A stretch of DNA of 64,000 bases from Octopus vulgaris (lineage: Eukaryota): NCBI GenBank assembly GCA_951406725.2, contig OX597820.1, forward strand, positions 80,290,001 to 80,354,000, given 5' to 3'. The notes beneath the pieces were generated by a model. It was not told the origin of the DNA and made no database searches. It saw only the letters and a program-made list of their open reading frames with translations. The stretch's first letter is position 1. Each line of letters opens with the position of its first letter. A program made the translations under genes and the position numbers. Shown one piece after another: positions 12,686 to 25,249 of the stretch.

Positions 12686-13087
12686 AAGGTGGCGAGCTGG
12701 CAGAATCGTTAGCACGCCGGGCGAAATGCTTAGCGATATTTCGTCTGCCGCTACGTTCTGAGTTCAAATTCCGCCGAGGTCGACTTTGCCTTTCATCCTT
12801 TCGGGGTCGATTAAATAAGTACCAGTTACGCACTGGGGTCGATATAATCGACTTAATCCGTTTGTCTGTCCTTGTTTGTTCCCTCTGTGTTTAGCCCCTT
12901 GTGGGTAGTAAAGAAATAGGTATTTCGTCTGTCTTTACGTTCTGAGTTCAAATTCTGCCGAGGTCGACTTTGCCTTTCATCCTCTCAAGATCGATAAATT
13001 AAAAACCAGTTGCGTACTGGGATCGATCTAATCGACTGGCCTCCTCCCACCAAAATCGGGCCTCGTGCCTAGAGTAGAAAAGAATTA
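12686..13087 (+). mobile_element. SINE family B dimer (head + body + tail 1 + body + tail 2)
   Basis: Head GGCGAGCTGGCAGAA, B box GAGTTCAAATTCC, core GCCTTTCATCCTTTCGGGGTCGAT. Single TSD GCAGCGTTACT at 12675-12685 and 13088-13098. Confidence 0.85.
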
Positions 13088-13122
13088 GCAGCGTTACTTT
13101 TCACTCTCTCTTTAGGTCACAG

Positions 13123-13392
13123 CAGTAGCTCTCAACCACGGTCCGCGTGGCCCTTGAGGGTTCATATTGTTTTGGGGGATTCGTATAAGATTTTGTTGTT
13201 AAAATTTATCTACAATAATTTGATTATACTTTTACAATACACAAAATACTTTTAACCATTTTACACAGTTCCTAATAATATTTATTTATAAAAATATGAT
13301 TGAGTTTTTTAACATTGAATGGCTACGAGGGTCTACTCGAGTAAAAGGGGAACGAAAGGGGTCCGTAGGTAAAAGATGGTTGACAACCACTG
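13123..13392. mobile_element. Non-autonomous hAT (Charlie-like) MITE
   Basis: Imperfect TIRs CAGTAGCTCTCAACCA and TGGTTGACAACCACTG, ~270 bp, no coding capacity. Confidence 0.55.
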
Positions 13393-13452
13393 GGGTTACA
13401 CAATCGTAGAGTATGCGTAAACGTTAGGTTAGAGTTGGGTTTCAGGGTTTCT

Positions 13453-13676
13453 TTTTACTTTCACTTGTTTCGGTCATTAGATTGTGGCCATGCTGGGGCA
13501 TCGCCTTGAAAGGGTTTTTAGTGGGAAAAAAATCGACATTTTTTTCAAGTCTTATACTTATTCTATCGGTCACTTTCGCGCCGAACTGATAAGATGCGGG
13601 AACGTAAACAAACCAGTACTGGTTATCAACCAGTGGTGGCACAAGCACACACACTTTTATATATAGGTATGTGTGT

Positions 13677-13707
<31 letters not shown>

Positions 13708-13860
13708 ATGAATTTCCGTCTAACAGATTCACTCTTAAGGCATTGGTCGGCCCAGAGCCAGGGTCGAAGGGTAGAAGACACTCGCGAAAAATGTCACGCA
13801 GTGGGACTGAACCTGAGACCATGAGGCTGCAAAGGGAAATCATTAACCACACAGCCTGCA
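13453..13860 (-). mobile_element. SINE family A, diverged
   Basis: Collinear similarity to 4582-4977 including the internal (TG)n. Confidence 0.8.
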
Positions 13861-15072
13861 CCGCTATTTGTGTGTGTGTTGGGGTGGGGGGAATCAAAGA
13901 AAGCTGGCATTTTTGGATTTTAAGGCGAATGCTGGTAGGTACACAAAGGTTTAAATCGTTGATATTATTATTGAATTGTTCAAAATATGGAGTATTCCCA
14001 ATACAATGAATGGAGCAAGAGACGACGACGACGGTGGTGGTGGTGGTGGTGGTATTCAGTATGATGATGATTAGAATGTTGATGATGATATCCATGAGGA
14101 CGATGATGAGGAGGCAGATGAATAGGAAGAGGGGAATAGGAGGAGGGAGATGAGGATTGTGATGATGATGATGACGTCGATGATGATCATGATGATGATG
14201 ACGACGACGACGACAACGATGATCATGACGACGATGTGGAAGAAGAAGAAACAGCAGATGATGTGCAACTTACAATTAACAAAAGCAATTAGGAGAGGAA
14301 TCAGTGAATTGCCACGACGTAAATCTCTCAAACCGGTAATTACGAACGTGTAATCCGGGTTTAAAACAATGAAGCGTAGCTTAGCTTTTGTAAGAAATTA
14401 ATGAATCATTGTCCGAAGAAATTATTAAGATTTACCATGTAATGGGAATCTGAAGACATCTTAGAAACCTTCTTCGGTTCTGTTTACATAAATAAATAAA
14501 GATTAAAAATTCACTATATGGTTTCCTTTTAAATATTCGTAGCGTTAAACTATATTCAATGGCCAAATTGGGAATGAATATTCGACGTCATTACACTTGA
14601 CAATGATAAACAGGACTTCTATAATCGTTGCCAATCATAGAAGATATATGTTTGACTAAGACAGAAAGTTTGAAGATTCATAAGAGCTGCAGGCTCGTAT
14701 TTATAAATAAGACAAGTGAATTGATGCGTATTTTGAATATAATTATATTTTGTCTGTCACTGTTTCGCTGGCTTTAGTTTTACCTCTGAACTGCTACAAA
14801 TGACATATCTTTTATACAATATCAACCTAGGTGAAATGGTGTGAGGATCTAACGAAGAACTTATTTAAACAATCATCTTAGGAGGCGCATTCCATACCTT
14901 GAATGCAAGATAATAATGGTACAACATCTCACCTGTGTACTACAGGTATGAGAATGCGTCGAAACAATAGTAGTGAATTTAAATAAAGAATTGTAATTCC
15001 ATTTTCTTGTAACCGCATGTGAATCGTTGGCGAATTTTTTTCCTCCGTCTTCCTTTTCTGTTGGATTTTCCT

Positions 15073-15108
15073 GTTTCTGAAGAAGAGCGTCTGCTCGAAA
15101 CGTTAAAC
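15073..15108 (+). ncRNA. Atypical minimal hammerhead-like motif at a PLE-like 3' end
   Basis: gttt-CTGAAGA-A-gagc-gtct-gctc-GAAA-cg-TT-aaac, followed within ~100 bp by (TA)n. Relatives at 10698, 22849, 38827 and 54609. Confidence 0.5.
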
Positions 15109-15208
15109 CATATTTCTTTCCTTCACTGAGCGTCTGCTAATACTTTACATGTACCATGTCCTCGCATTGTAATTGGGTTTTTTTGTGTTTGTTCGTCGTT
15201 TTTTTATC

Positions 15209-15262
<54 letters not shown>

Positions 15263-15586
15263 ATGTATGTATGTATGAATGTATGTATGTATGTATGTAT
15301 GTATGTACCCATGTTTATTATTATTGATGTGCACTTTATATTATGTTATAGCCCTTCTTGTGTCGCATTGAGCCCAATGAGATCGCGCAATGCAGGAAGT
15401 TTAACGTAATTTCTAAGATGATTCGTAACCACAATTGTAAATTTGTCTAGAATCGAGCGCATCCGTATATGTGTGTGTGTGTGTAAATACATACAATATA
15501 CATATGCATATGTACATCAGTGTCGTATACTCGTGTATTTTTTAACACTAAACATTTGAGTTTTCTTTTCCAGACCTACAAATCTA

Positions 15587-15734
15587 AAGGTGTGTTTCTG
15601 CCAGTGCATGCACCTATAGGATTTTTCAACGTATGTAATTCCGAACTTTTCCATATATTGTTAGCCAAATTCCCTTTAGTGAATACAATCGTTGAAAAAT
15701 CCTATAGGTGCATGCACTGGCAGAAACACACCTT
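15587..15734. repeat. Perfect ~45-bp inverted repeat (15587-15631 / 15690-15734)
   Basis: AAAGGTGTGTTTCTGCCAGTGCATGCACCTATAGGATTTTTCAACG and its reverse complement. Confidence 0.9.
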
Positions 15735-16317
15735 TCACTCATATGAATGATGATTAATATAGATAACCTCCTTGAATTTAATAATTTGGTTCCATTTATA
15801 CAACACCACAATAGACAAATTTTTATACTTATAAAGGACTACTACCAATTCGTTGGGGTATGTTTTGCCTTTGTCTCTCTACCTCGCCCTCTTCTCTCTC
15901 TCCCTCTCTCTATCGTAAGCACATTCAAACACACAGACACAAACCTGTCACCTCACCACCAGTTGTTTTTAACATCTACCCAACCACCCACACAATCACG
16001 CACACACATACACATAGACACGAATGCAGTTATATATACATACACACACATAGGCACTCAATCTCATTAGCAATAGCAAACAATAACACATCACCATTCA
16101 TATTACTTGCACCCTGTCACCTCCCTATTCTTAGATCTCTCCCCTACCAACCTGGTTTGAACTCATGAACTTTCTAGAATCTTCTACATTCAACCATTTT
16201 TGACGTCACTGCTTATAACGGAATATTTTAAATAAACACTCATTATCGCTATGGACTCCGAGTGGGCAGTCATCTAAGAGTTTTTGTTCATCTTGATGCT
16301 GACATAAGTTCCTTGTC

Positions 16318-16398
16318 TCTCCTGATGAGAAGGCAGCATAATGCACCCCTTATTCCTTCGAAATTAGGAATATGCAGCCTTCGAAACATATGTCGAGA
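16318..16398 (+). ncRNA. Type I hammerhead ribozyme (predicted cleavage after C16394)
   Basis: tctc-CTGATGA-gaaggc.gcata...tatgc.gccttc-GAAA-catatg-TC-gaga. All three stems pair. AATAAA follows immediately and (TA)n lies ~45 bp downstream. Confidence 0.85.
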
Positions 16399-16443
16399 AT
16401 AAAGGAATTTTGTTAAATCGTCGTTCAACTCCATGCTTTCATT

Positions 16444-16475
<32 letters not shown>

Positions 16476-16920
16476 TTCACACGTAGAAATTTATGTAAAT
16501 GTAAATTTATGCATGAATAGTATTATATATATGTATATATATTATGCATGCATACATTTACATTTGTACATACAAATACAATCTAAATGCTAAATTTATC
16601 TATTAAAAAAAAAAACGAAACGAAATCAAATCAATGCATTGAACACAAAATTTCTCTTTTTAAATGCACTCTTGAGCGCATTTGAGGTAGAAGTGGCAAA
16701 TAGTTTTACCAAATATTTCGTAAAATCTACATCGATTCCAAAATTACACTCGTTTTCCAATAATATTAGCATCAATGAATATTTTAGAAAATCTCACCCA
16801 TTCTTTCTCTCTCACGCACTCTTTTCTTCTGTATATGTGTATGTGTATATACATGTATATGCATGTATATATGCACACGTATTTATATTTATACATATCT
16901 ATATAGAAAGATAAGTAGGG

Positions 16921-17332
<412 letters not shown>

Positions 17333-17481
17333 AAATCATGCCTTATGTACTTCTGGTTTTGTGAAAATAACTTGTTTTACTAATCTGACTACGTTCAGTG
17401 TTTCGATAACTTGACGCTTTGCTTTTATGAATAGTAATGTATTGCAGCTAAGGTGAGTTGTTGCGTTTTAAAAGGTCCATC

Positions 17482-17820
17482 TTTTATCTTTTGCTTGTTT
17501 CAGTTATTGAACAGCAGCCATACTGAGAAACCGCCTCGAAAAGTAGTTCGTTACTCCTTCTATTGATTTCTTTTACCGAACCGCTAAGTTCCTCCGATAT
17601 AAGCAAACCAACACCAGCTGTCAGGCAGTAAAGGGAAACAAACACAGACGTAGACATGACTGATATATATTCCATATACGACAGACTTCAACACAGTTTC
17701 CGTCTTGCAAATTCTGTTAGAAGGCGTTCGTCGGTCTGGGTCTATAGTATGACACCTGTTCAAGGTGCCGCGCAGTGCGCTGAATACGAAACCGTGTAAT
17801 TTCAGAGCGAGCCATGCCTG
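17482..17820 (-). mobile_element. SINE family A, old copy
   Basis: Degenerate collinear match to family A. Confidence 0.7.
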
Positions 17821-18127
17821 GCAATCTTACATCCATAAATTAACAAACACTCCATTCCTCTTGCAACCAGAAATGTTTTAGCTCCCAGCAATTGCTATCT
17901 CCTTATAAATCTTGAATGAGACTCACCATAGAGCCACAACAGAGTACTGCTTCTATATATGGTTGTGTATTTCGCCATAGATGGACATCATAAGAAGCAG
18001 ACTGCTCTTGTGTCTCCTTCATTCAGGTTCACCCATCTCACCTGAGTTGCCTTTACTCGTCACTCAGATCGTACCTACGCCTCTAGTTCTCGGACTATTC
18101 ACTATTTTCAGTATTATTTCCCTCGAA

Positions 18128-18526
18128 AGGCGGCGATATGGCAGAAACGTTAGCACGCCGGGCGAAATGCTTTGCAGTATTTCGTCTGCCGTTAAGTTCT
18201 GAGTTCAAATTCCGCTGAGGTCGACTTTGCCTTTCAGCCTTTCGGGGTCGATTAAATAAGTACCAGTTACGCACTGGGGTCGATGTAATCGACTTAATCT
18301 GTTTGTCTGTCCTTGTTTGTCCTCTCTGTGCTTGTCCCCTTGTGGGTAGTAAAGAAATAGGCATTTCGTCTGCCGTTACGTTCTGAGTTCAAATTCCGTC
18401 GTGGTCGGCTTCGCCTTTCATCCTTTTTGGGTCGATAAATTAAGTACCACTTGCTCACTGGGGTCGATCTAATTGACTTTCCCCCTCCCCCAAAATTTCA
18501 GGCCTTGTGCCGAGAGTAGAAAAGAA
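18128..18526 (+). mobile_element. SINE family B dimer, followed by an older B monomer (~18545-18760)
   Basis: Same internal junction as the 12686 copy. TSD TATTA(T/C)TTCCCTCGAA at 18112-18127 and 18527-18542. Confidence 0.85.
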
Positions 18527-18974
18527 TATTACTTCCCTCGAATAAGGCGGCATGCCGTTAGAATCGTCAGCACGCCAGTAAAATGCTTAGCAATGTTTCG
18601 TCCATTTTCACGTTCTGAATTGAAATTCTGTAATCGTCTACTTTGGTTTTCATCCTTTCAGAATCGATAAAATATATACCAGTTAAACACTGGGGTCAGT
18701 GTTATCGACTTCAACTCCTTCCGTGAACTTGCTGGCCTTGTGCCAAAATTTGAATCCAGTGTTACCTTCCCAAAACATCATTTCTCCAGAGTTCTCACCA
18801 TTTCCTTGGTTTCCTGCAGTCTCCGACTCGGTTATTCAAAACCAACTACAAAATCCTTAAAAGTCTCAGAAACCATTTAAAGGCTACAGAAACCGCTCTT
18901 TCTCAACATCAAACCATAATAGATTATTAACATTGAAAACTAAAAGAGTTACTGTCCAATATTCTTTTCGTGTA

Positions 18975-19165
18975 CTGATTTCGAATTTTGGCACAAGGCC
19001 AGAAATTTTGGGCGATGGGGTTGGTTGATTACATTGAACCCAGTACTCATTTGGTACTTATTTGATCGACCACGAAAGGAATGAAAGATGAAGTCGACAT
19101 CGGCGGAATTTGAACTCAAAACGGGAAGACGGATGAAATGCCAAGACCGCTGGAGGGCATTTTGT
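18975..19165 (-). mobile_element. SINE family B monomer (tail 2), diverged
   Basis: GGCACAAGGCC...GAAAG..GTCGAC..GGCGGAATTTGAACTC. Confidence 0.7.
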
Positions 19166-19349
19166 TCTTTTTTTTTCGGTTTTCTTTTCCTGCAAGGAAT
19201 TAAACCTTGTGATTTAATGAAGGATTCACCAACTCTGCAATGACTAAGATACAGTGGAAGCATCTCTCTCTCTCTCTCTCACTCTCTCTCTCTGCCTAAT
19301 TATAACTAGAGATCACGAGCCATCGTAAATGAACAATTTTGTTTTAGTA

Positions 19350-19866
19350 CGAAGTCTGATCAAAAAGTATCGGATGCTATAAGAAGAAAACTACAACCCA
19401 AATCAATTCAGCATTTAATCCCATTCGAAGTAGTTCCCTTCTGGGGCTGCACGCTGTATCTAGGGCCGTTCGATTGATGGAAGCTCTCCTGGAACTCCTT
19501 TTTCAGGATAGCGAGCAGCTAATTCGTCGAATTCTCTTGGACTTCCTTGACGTCTTGAACTTCAATTTTGGAAAGATTCTTGACCGTAATAAACTTCAAA
19601 CCGTGTCTCTTTCCACGTACGCACACCCGCGCGCGCATATTTTCTCTGCCATAGTCATTGACAACCCCCGTAGTGTGGTGAGATGACCACACGCTACACA
19701 CTTCACTTCCAAGTACTGCTATATGCAACAGAAGTGAGCGAGACCATTATAACATAATGTGCATACCTGACAGAGTTCAAGGTCAATTTCCGCCAAGTAA
19801 CTTCTCTCTGCGTACTTTAGTTCTGTTACCATAGCAACAGTCCCAACACTTTTTGATCAAACCTCG
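19350..19866. mobile_element. Non-autonomous mariner-like element
   Basis: TA + CGAAGTCTGATCAAAAAGTAT ... ACTTTTTGATCAAACCTCG TIRs, same TIR family as 57453-58260. Confidence 0.7.
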
Positions 19867-20221
19867 GATGTCTTTCACTCGGTGGAATGGTACCTCGTTC
19901 GGTTACCAAGTCTCAAATCCAACTGTTTCGATTTCTTTTAGCAGTGTTCGGTACCAACCACAGGACAGGTATCTTTTACTTGTTTCAGTCACTGGACAGA
20001 GGCCATGCTGGGGCACAACGTTGAAATCGATCCTAGTTTCTTATTTTTTATAGTTTGGTGCTTATTCTATATATATATATAAAAGATACCTGTCCTGTGG
20101 TTGGTACCGAACACTGCTAAAAGAAATCGAAACAGTTGGATTTGAGACTTGGTAACCGAACGAGGTACCATTCCACCGAGTGAAAGACATCCGAGGTTTG
20201 ATCAAAAAGTGTTGGGACTGT
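19837..20221. repeat. Perfect 142-bp inverted duplication (19837-19978 / 20080-20221)
   Basis: The second arm is the exact reverse complement by eye, and sits between two (TA)n tracts inside a family A SINE (~19975-20408, minus). Confidence 0.9.
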
Positions 20222-20689
20222 ATATATATATATATATATATATATATGCAGACGACGGGTTTTCCACGCAGTTTTCATGTACGGAATCCACTCGCAGAGC
20301 ATTGGTTATCTCGGGACTATAGCAGATGGTCAAAGAGCCGCGCAGTGGAACTGAACCCGAAACTATGTGGTTGTAAAGCAATCTTCTTAGACGCACAGCC
20401 ATGCCTGCATAAAGCAGAGGCGTTCAGTTTCGTACTGAAATAAGATGAACAAGAAAAGAAGGAGATTGCAACGCATTCTATACTTGTAAAAGAGAGTCGA
20501 TAGAGCTTAAATAATAAGGCGACCGAAAAGTAATGTCACGTTTCATGTAATGAGTTTAAATCAACACCAATAAACACATCAATTACGCACTAAAATTCCC
20601 TGACAATGAGATTACGTGAAAATTCCATTCTTATTAGTTGAAGCAACCACGAAAAGTATTATATTGCTACAGTCCAATTTTCCTATTTG

Positions 20690-21012
<323 letters not shown>

Positions 21013-21013
21013 A

Positions 21014-21051
<38 letters not shown>

Positions 21052-21052
<1 letters not shown>

Positions 21053-22083
21053 AAGTGACTTCAACACAACCAAAGCATTCTATAGGGGTTTAGTGGAGGG
21101 GAGGTACGACGACGAGCTCGGGGCGAACCTGGACGTCGACGAGGAGTACCTGACCCGCCTGTTCAGGACGACTTTCGGGCCAGGGCCCATGGACAACTTC
21201 CAGAGATCCCTGGCCTGGCAGTGCTACCGAGAAGCGCTACCCGTTCGGGATAAGCTCTACAGACACGGCTCGAGAAACACGGGGCCGACCTGCCCGAGAT
21301 GCGGTCAGAGCGACGAAACCGTTCTGCACGCACTCGTTCAGTGTCCAACAATTTCCGACCTGTGGGCTTATGTCGAACAACTGCTGTCACGTGTGGGACG
21401 AGTCGGTTTATCAGCTGAGTCTATCGTCAATATTGTCACGCCTCCTTCCTTCAAACGGGAAGGAAGAGCTATTTTCATCATCCTTGTGGCTATGGCGAAA
21501 AGAATGTATCTGGTGGACGCGTCTGAAAGGATTGGAGACAAACACTTTCCTCTCTGGTCAATCTGTCATCAACTTCTTCAAGTACCACTTGAAAAGGAAA
21601 GTGAGAGTAGAGAGGCAAGTTTTGTCTAGCGAATGTTTTAAAAAAAGATGGGTGAATGTAGCAAGAATGGCGCGTATGAATGACGAAGCCACCTTGAGCA
21701 TAGTCCTATGAACCCAGAAATCGAAAACAGAGAGTTGCTTATTTGCAAAAAAAAAAAAAGAAATATAAAATGTGACATCATTGACCGAGGTTACCGTGGT
21801 CTTTTCCGTAGGCTTTTCTTTCCACAGGTAAACCTCACCTGTCCTCCCCTTTACACTTCATATTGACATTTCTGTGATAACGATCCCTATTGATCAATTT
21901 TTTTCCTCTCCCCCTTTTTTTAACCCCCTTTTTTTTGTCCTCTTTCTCTCCTTTTACGATCCCTTTTGATCGAAACTCCCCCTTCCTTTTTTTTTTTTTT
22001 TTTTTTTTTAAACCTTCAAAAGAAAAGCTCTACCTTGTAATTTGTTCTATCTGTGTGCAGCCCTGTGTGGCTAATAAAGAAAC
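21052..22083 (+). mobile_element. 5'-truncated L1/Tx1-clade LINE (ORF2 C-terminus with zf-RVT CCHC knuckle + 3'UTR) inserted in (TATC)n
   Basis: LAWQCYREALPVRDKL...CPRCGQSDETVLHALVQC...AK.CIWWTR with one frameshift (~21500). Ends in AATAAAGAAAC, with (TATC)n on both sides. Confidence 0.8.
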
Positions 22084-22084
22084 A

Positions 22085-22115
<31 letters not shown>

Positions 22116-22125
22116 TAATCTATCC

Positions 22126-22217
<92 letters not shown>

Positions 22218-22234
22218 ATACGTACACACACATA

Positions 22235-22458
22235 AACCTGTTATATCTATCGACTTTTCTTCTTCCTTTTCGCATAACTTGTCAGCTGGGCATGTTATAT
22301 CTGTGATCCAATATCGTTTGCTTTCTTTCTCAATTAAGACTAAGTCTGGGTTCCTATTCTCTATCTCATGGTCGCAGGGAATCATAAAATCCCATATGAT
22401 CTTTGCATTATCATTTTCGATGATGCCTTCAGGTTTATGCTCGTACCACATTTTTGCT

Positions 22459-22460
<2 letters not shown>
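22235..22460 (-). mobile_element. R4/Dong-like RLE LINE fragment
   Basis: WYEHKPEGIIENDNAKIIWDFMIPCDHEIENRNPDLVLIEKE..ITDITCPAD..EKEEEK matches the R4/Dong endonuclease region. Confidence 0.7.
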
Positions 22461-22513
<53 letters not shown>

Positions 22514-22528
22514 GCCTCATCATCAGCC

Positions 22529-22564
<36 letters not shown>

Positions 22565-22577
22565 CCATCACCATCAC

Positions 22578-22667
<90 letters not shown>

Positions 22668-22680
22668 GATTATGATTATG

Positions 22681-22728
<48 letters not shown>
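22459..22728. repeat. (ATC)n/(ATT)n trinucleotide microsatellite
   Basis: Directly visible. Confidence 0.97.
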
Positions 22729-22763
22729 GCATATCCTCTAATAACGAAAACAAAATATATATA

Positions 22764-23008
22764 TCGGTGTTGGAGGTGATGAGGAGTTCTCAGGAATATA
22801 TATATGCCTTGTTGACGATTTTATCTCCTTCTTTGAACTATCTCCTTTCCGACGAAGAGATATGCTCGAAACGTTTAACTCTCTCCTTTCAACGAAGCGT
22901 CAAGTTAATATACTTTTTGTTTATGTCCTCACGTTGTTTTTCTTCTTTGTTTCGTTTTTTTATCTGTTTACTTGAATGGTTGTTTATCTGAATTGACAAT
23001 ATATTGAC

Positions 23009-23045
<37 letters not shown>

Positions 23046-23082
23046 TATACATACATACATACATATATATATATGTGTGATG

Positions 23083-23153
<71 letters not shown>

Positions 23154-23470
23154 CCTCCGTACTGGTTGCATGTATTAGATTATGAGATACAAAGGACCTG
23201 AAAGTCAAATTTGTCTTCCCACGGGAGATTGCGCTAACAGCACTCCGACCAGACATGCTTCTGCTCTCTAGGAGAGCAAAAATATCAATAGTGTTTGAAT
23301 TCACAGGGCCCAGGGAGAACAGACACCGACGTTTCTCACCAACTAAATAAAACCAAATACTAAGACTTAGTCGACAAGGCCCTTCTCAAAAGATGGCATG
23401 CGGCGACATTCTTTATTGAAGCTGGCTGCTTGAGACGCCTGACATTGCGACAAATACCGAAGAGCATATG
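22764..23470 (+). repeat. Copy 2 of the local duplication of ~10610-11190
   Basis: Same flanks with an expanded internal microsatellite. The RLE part is truncated at (GA)n. Confidence 0.85.
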
Positions 23471-23482
23471 CGGTATATATAT

Positions 23483-23535
<53 letters not shown>

Positions 23536-23910
23536 GAGAGGAATAATTATAAGGCAGAATGCTAAATTGAAAGTAAATTTTAATAAAAATGGGTGTATGA
23601 AAAATTACCTGTTCAATATCGATGACTCTATCATTATTTCAAACACTTTTCACTAATCAATTCATTGTCATGCTATGCTTGATTCTCTCCCCTTGTTTGC
23701 TGTCTCCAATAATTGTCCGCAACACCAACGGTGGTTCTTCAGAATCGTCCATCATTTTATGATTCACGCTGGTAAGATGTTATTACTTTTCCCTCTTAAC
23801 AGGCCAGCCTGTTGGAGATTAGAAATGAAAGGGTATATATATATTTACGAGCACACACGTACGTACGTATGTATATATATATATATATATATATATAGAT
23901 GTATATGCAC

Positions 23911-24006
<96 letters not shown>

Positions 24007-24289
24007 TACAGAAAAAGTTTTTCACTCGCTATATACGCCTGAGCCTATGTGTGCGTGTGTAAGAGTCGGTGTATATAATATTCCAGTTTAGCAGTTTGCT
24101 CTTCAAGGCAATAAATTTCGATTACTTTCAGATTTTAATAAGGAAAGAAGTCAATTAAACGATACGAGGAAGAATTAAGAAGTAAAACAATAACTGCTAA
24201 TCCTAAGAAGTATCGTAGGAGCCCATAGACATCTGTGGTTATCTTCCCCTGTAAATATATGCGTGTGAGCATATTTATGTGTGTGTACG

Positions 24290-24367
<78 letters not shown>

Positions 24368-24717
24368 AATGTATGTATGTATGTACGTATGTATGTATGT
24401 ATGTTTGTATGTATGTATATATATAAACATCGTGTGCATATTCCAGCCTTTTCTTTGGAAAAATAGATCAAATAGGAAATTTGGACTGTAGCAATGTAAT
24501 ATTTTTCGTGGTTACTTCATCTAATAAGAATGGAGTCTTCACGTAATCTCATTGTCAGGAAAATTATAGCGCGTACAGTAATGAAATTTTATATAACAAA
24601 GTTAAAAAGAATGTTCAAATACTTCCAGCAAAATGTGATACTTTTTGTGACGGGGAGGGTTTTCTCAATACTTATAAGAGAATATAATTGAATTTCTTAA
24701 TATAGATAGATAGATAA

Positions 24718-24803
<86 letters not shown>

Positions 24804-25249
24804 GGATGGATGGATATGTATGTATGGATGTATGTACACACAAATATATACATGCATGTATACGTGTGCATACATATGTTCACATATATACATATATATA
24901 TGCATACATTATACATATAAGCATAAATATCTTTATATATTTACATATGTATGCATAGGCACATGTGTATACATATGTATACATGCATATATACTTATAC
25001 ATATATATGAACATACATATAAACATACATATATGTGTGTGTTTACCTCTCTGTGTACTAGCAAAATACCCGGCCTAAAAAGTTATTTTAAATAGCCAGG
25101 AATTGCACTTAATGAAGCCTTTTCTTTTGTATCAGCTCACTTTTGGTTTTCTCTTGAAATGTTCTGTTATATTTAAGAGTTATATATTAATAAGCTTGTG
25201 CTGTCGGTGTTTCTCATGATAAGGGAGATTAGTCAAGATTAAATCCGAA

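Noticed and set aside
12686-12780. tRNA genes at SINE heads
   Set aside because: A and B boxes are present, but no complete cloverleaf is evident, and they continue into repeated SINE bodies with TSDs.
14770-14950. Possible Ly6/three-finger-like exon (..LPLNCYK*, donor CAG|GTATGA)
   Set aside because: Several in-frame stops and too few cysteines; it cannot be told apart from chance.
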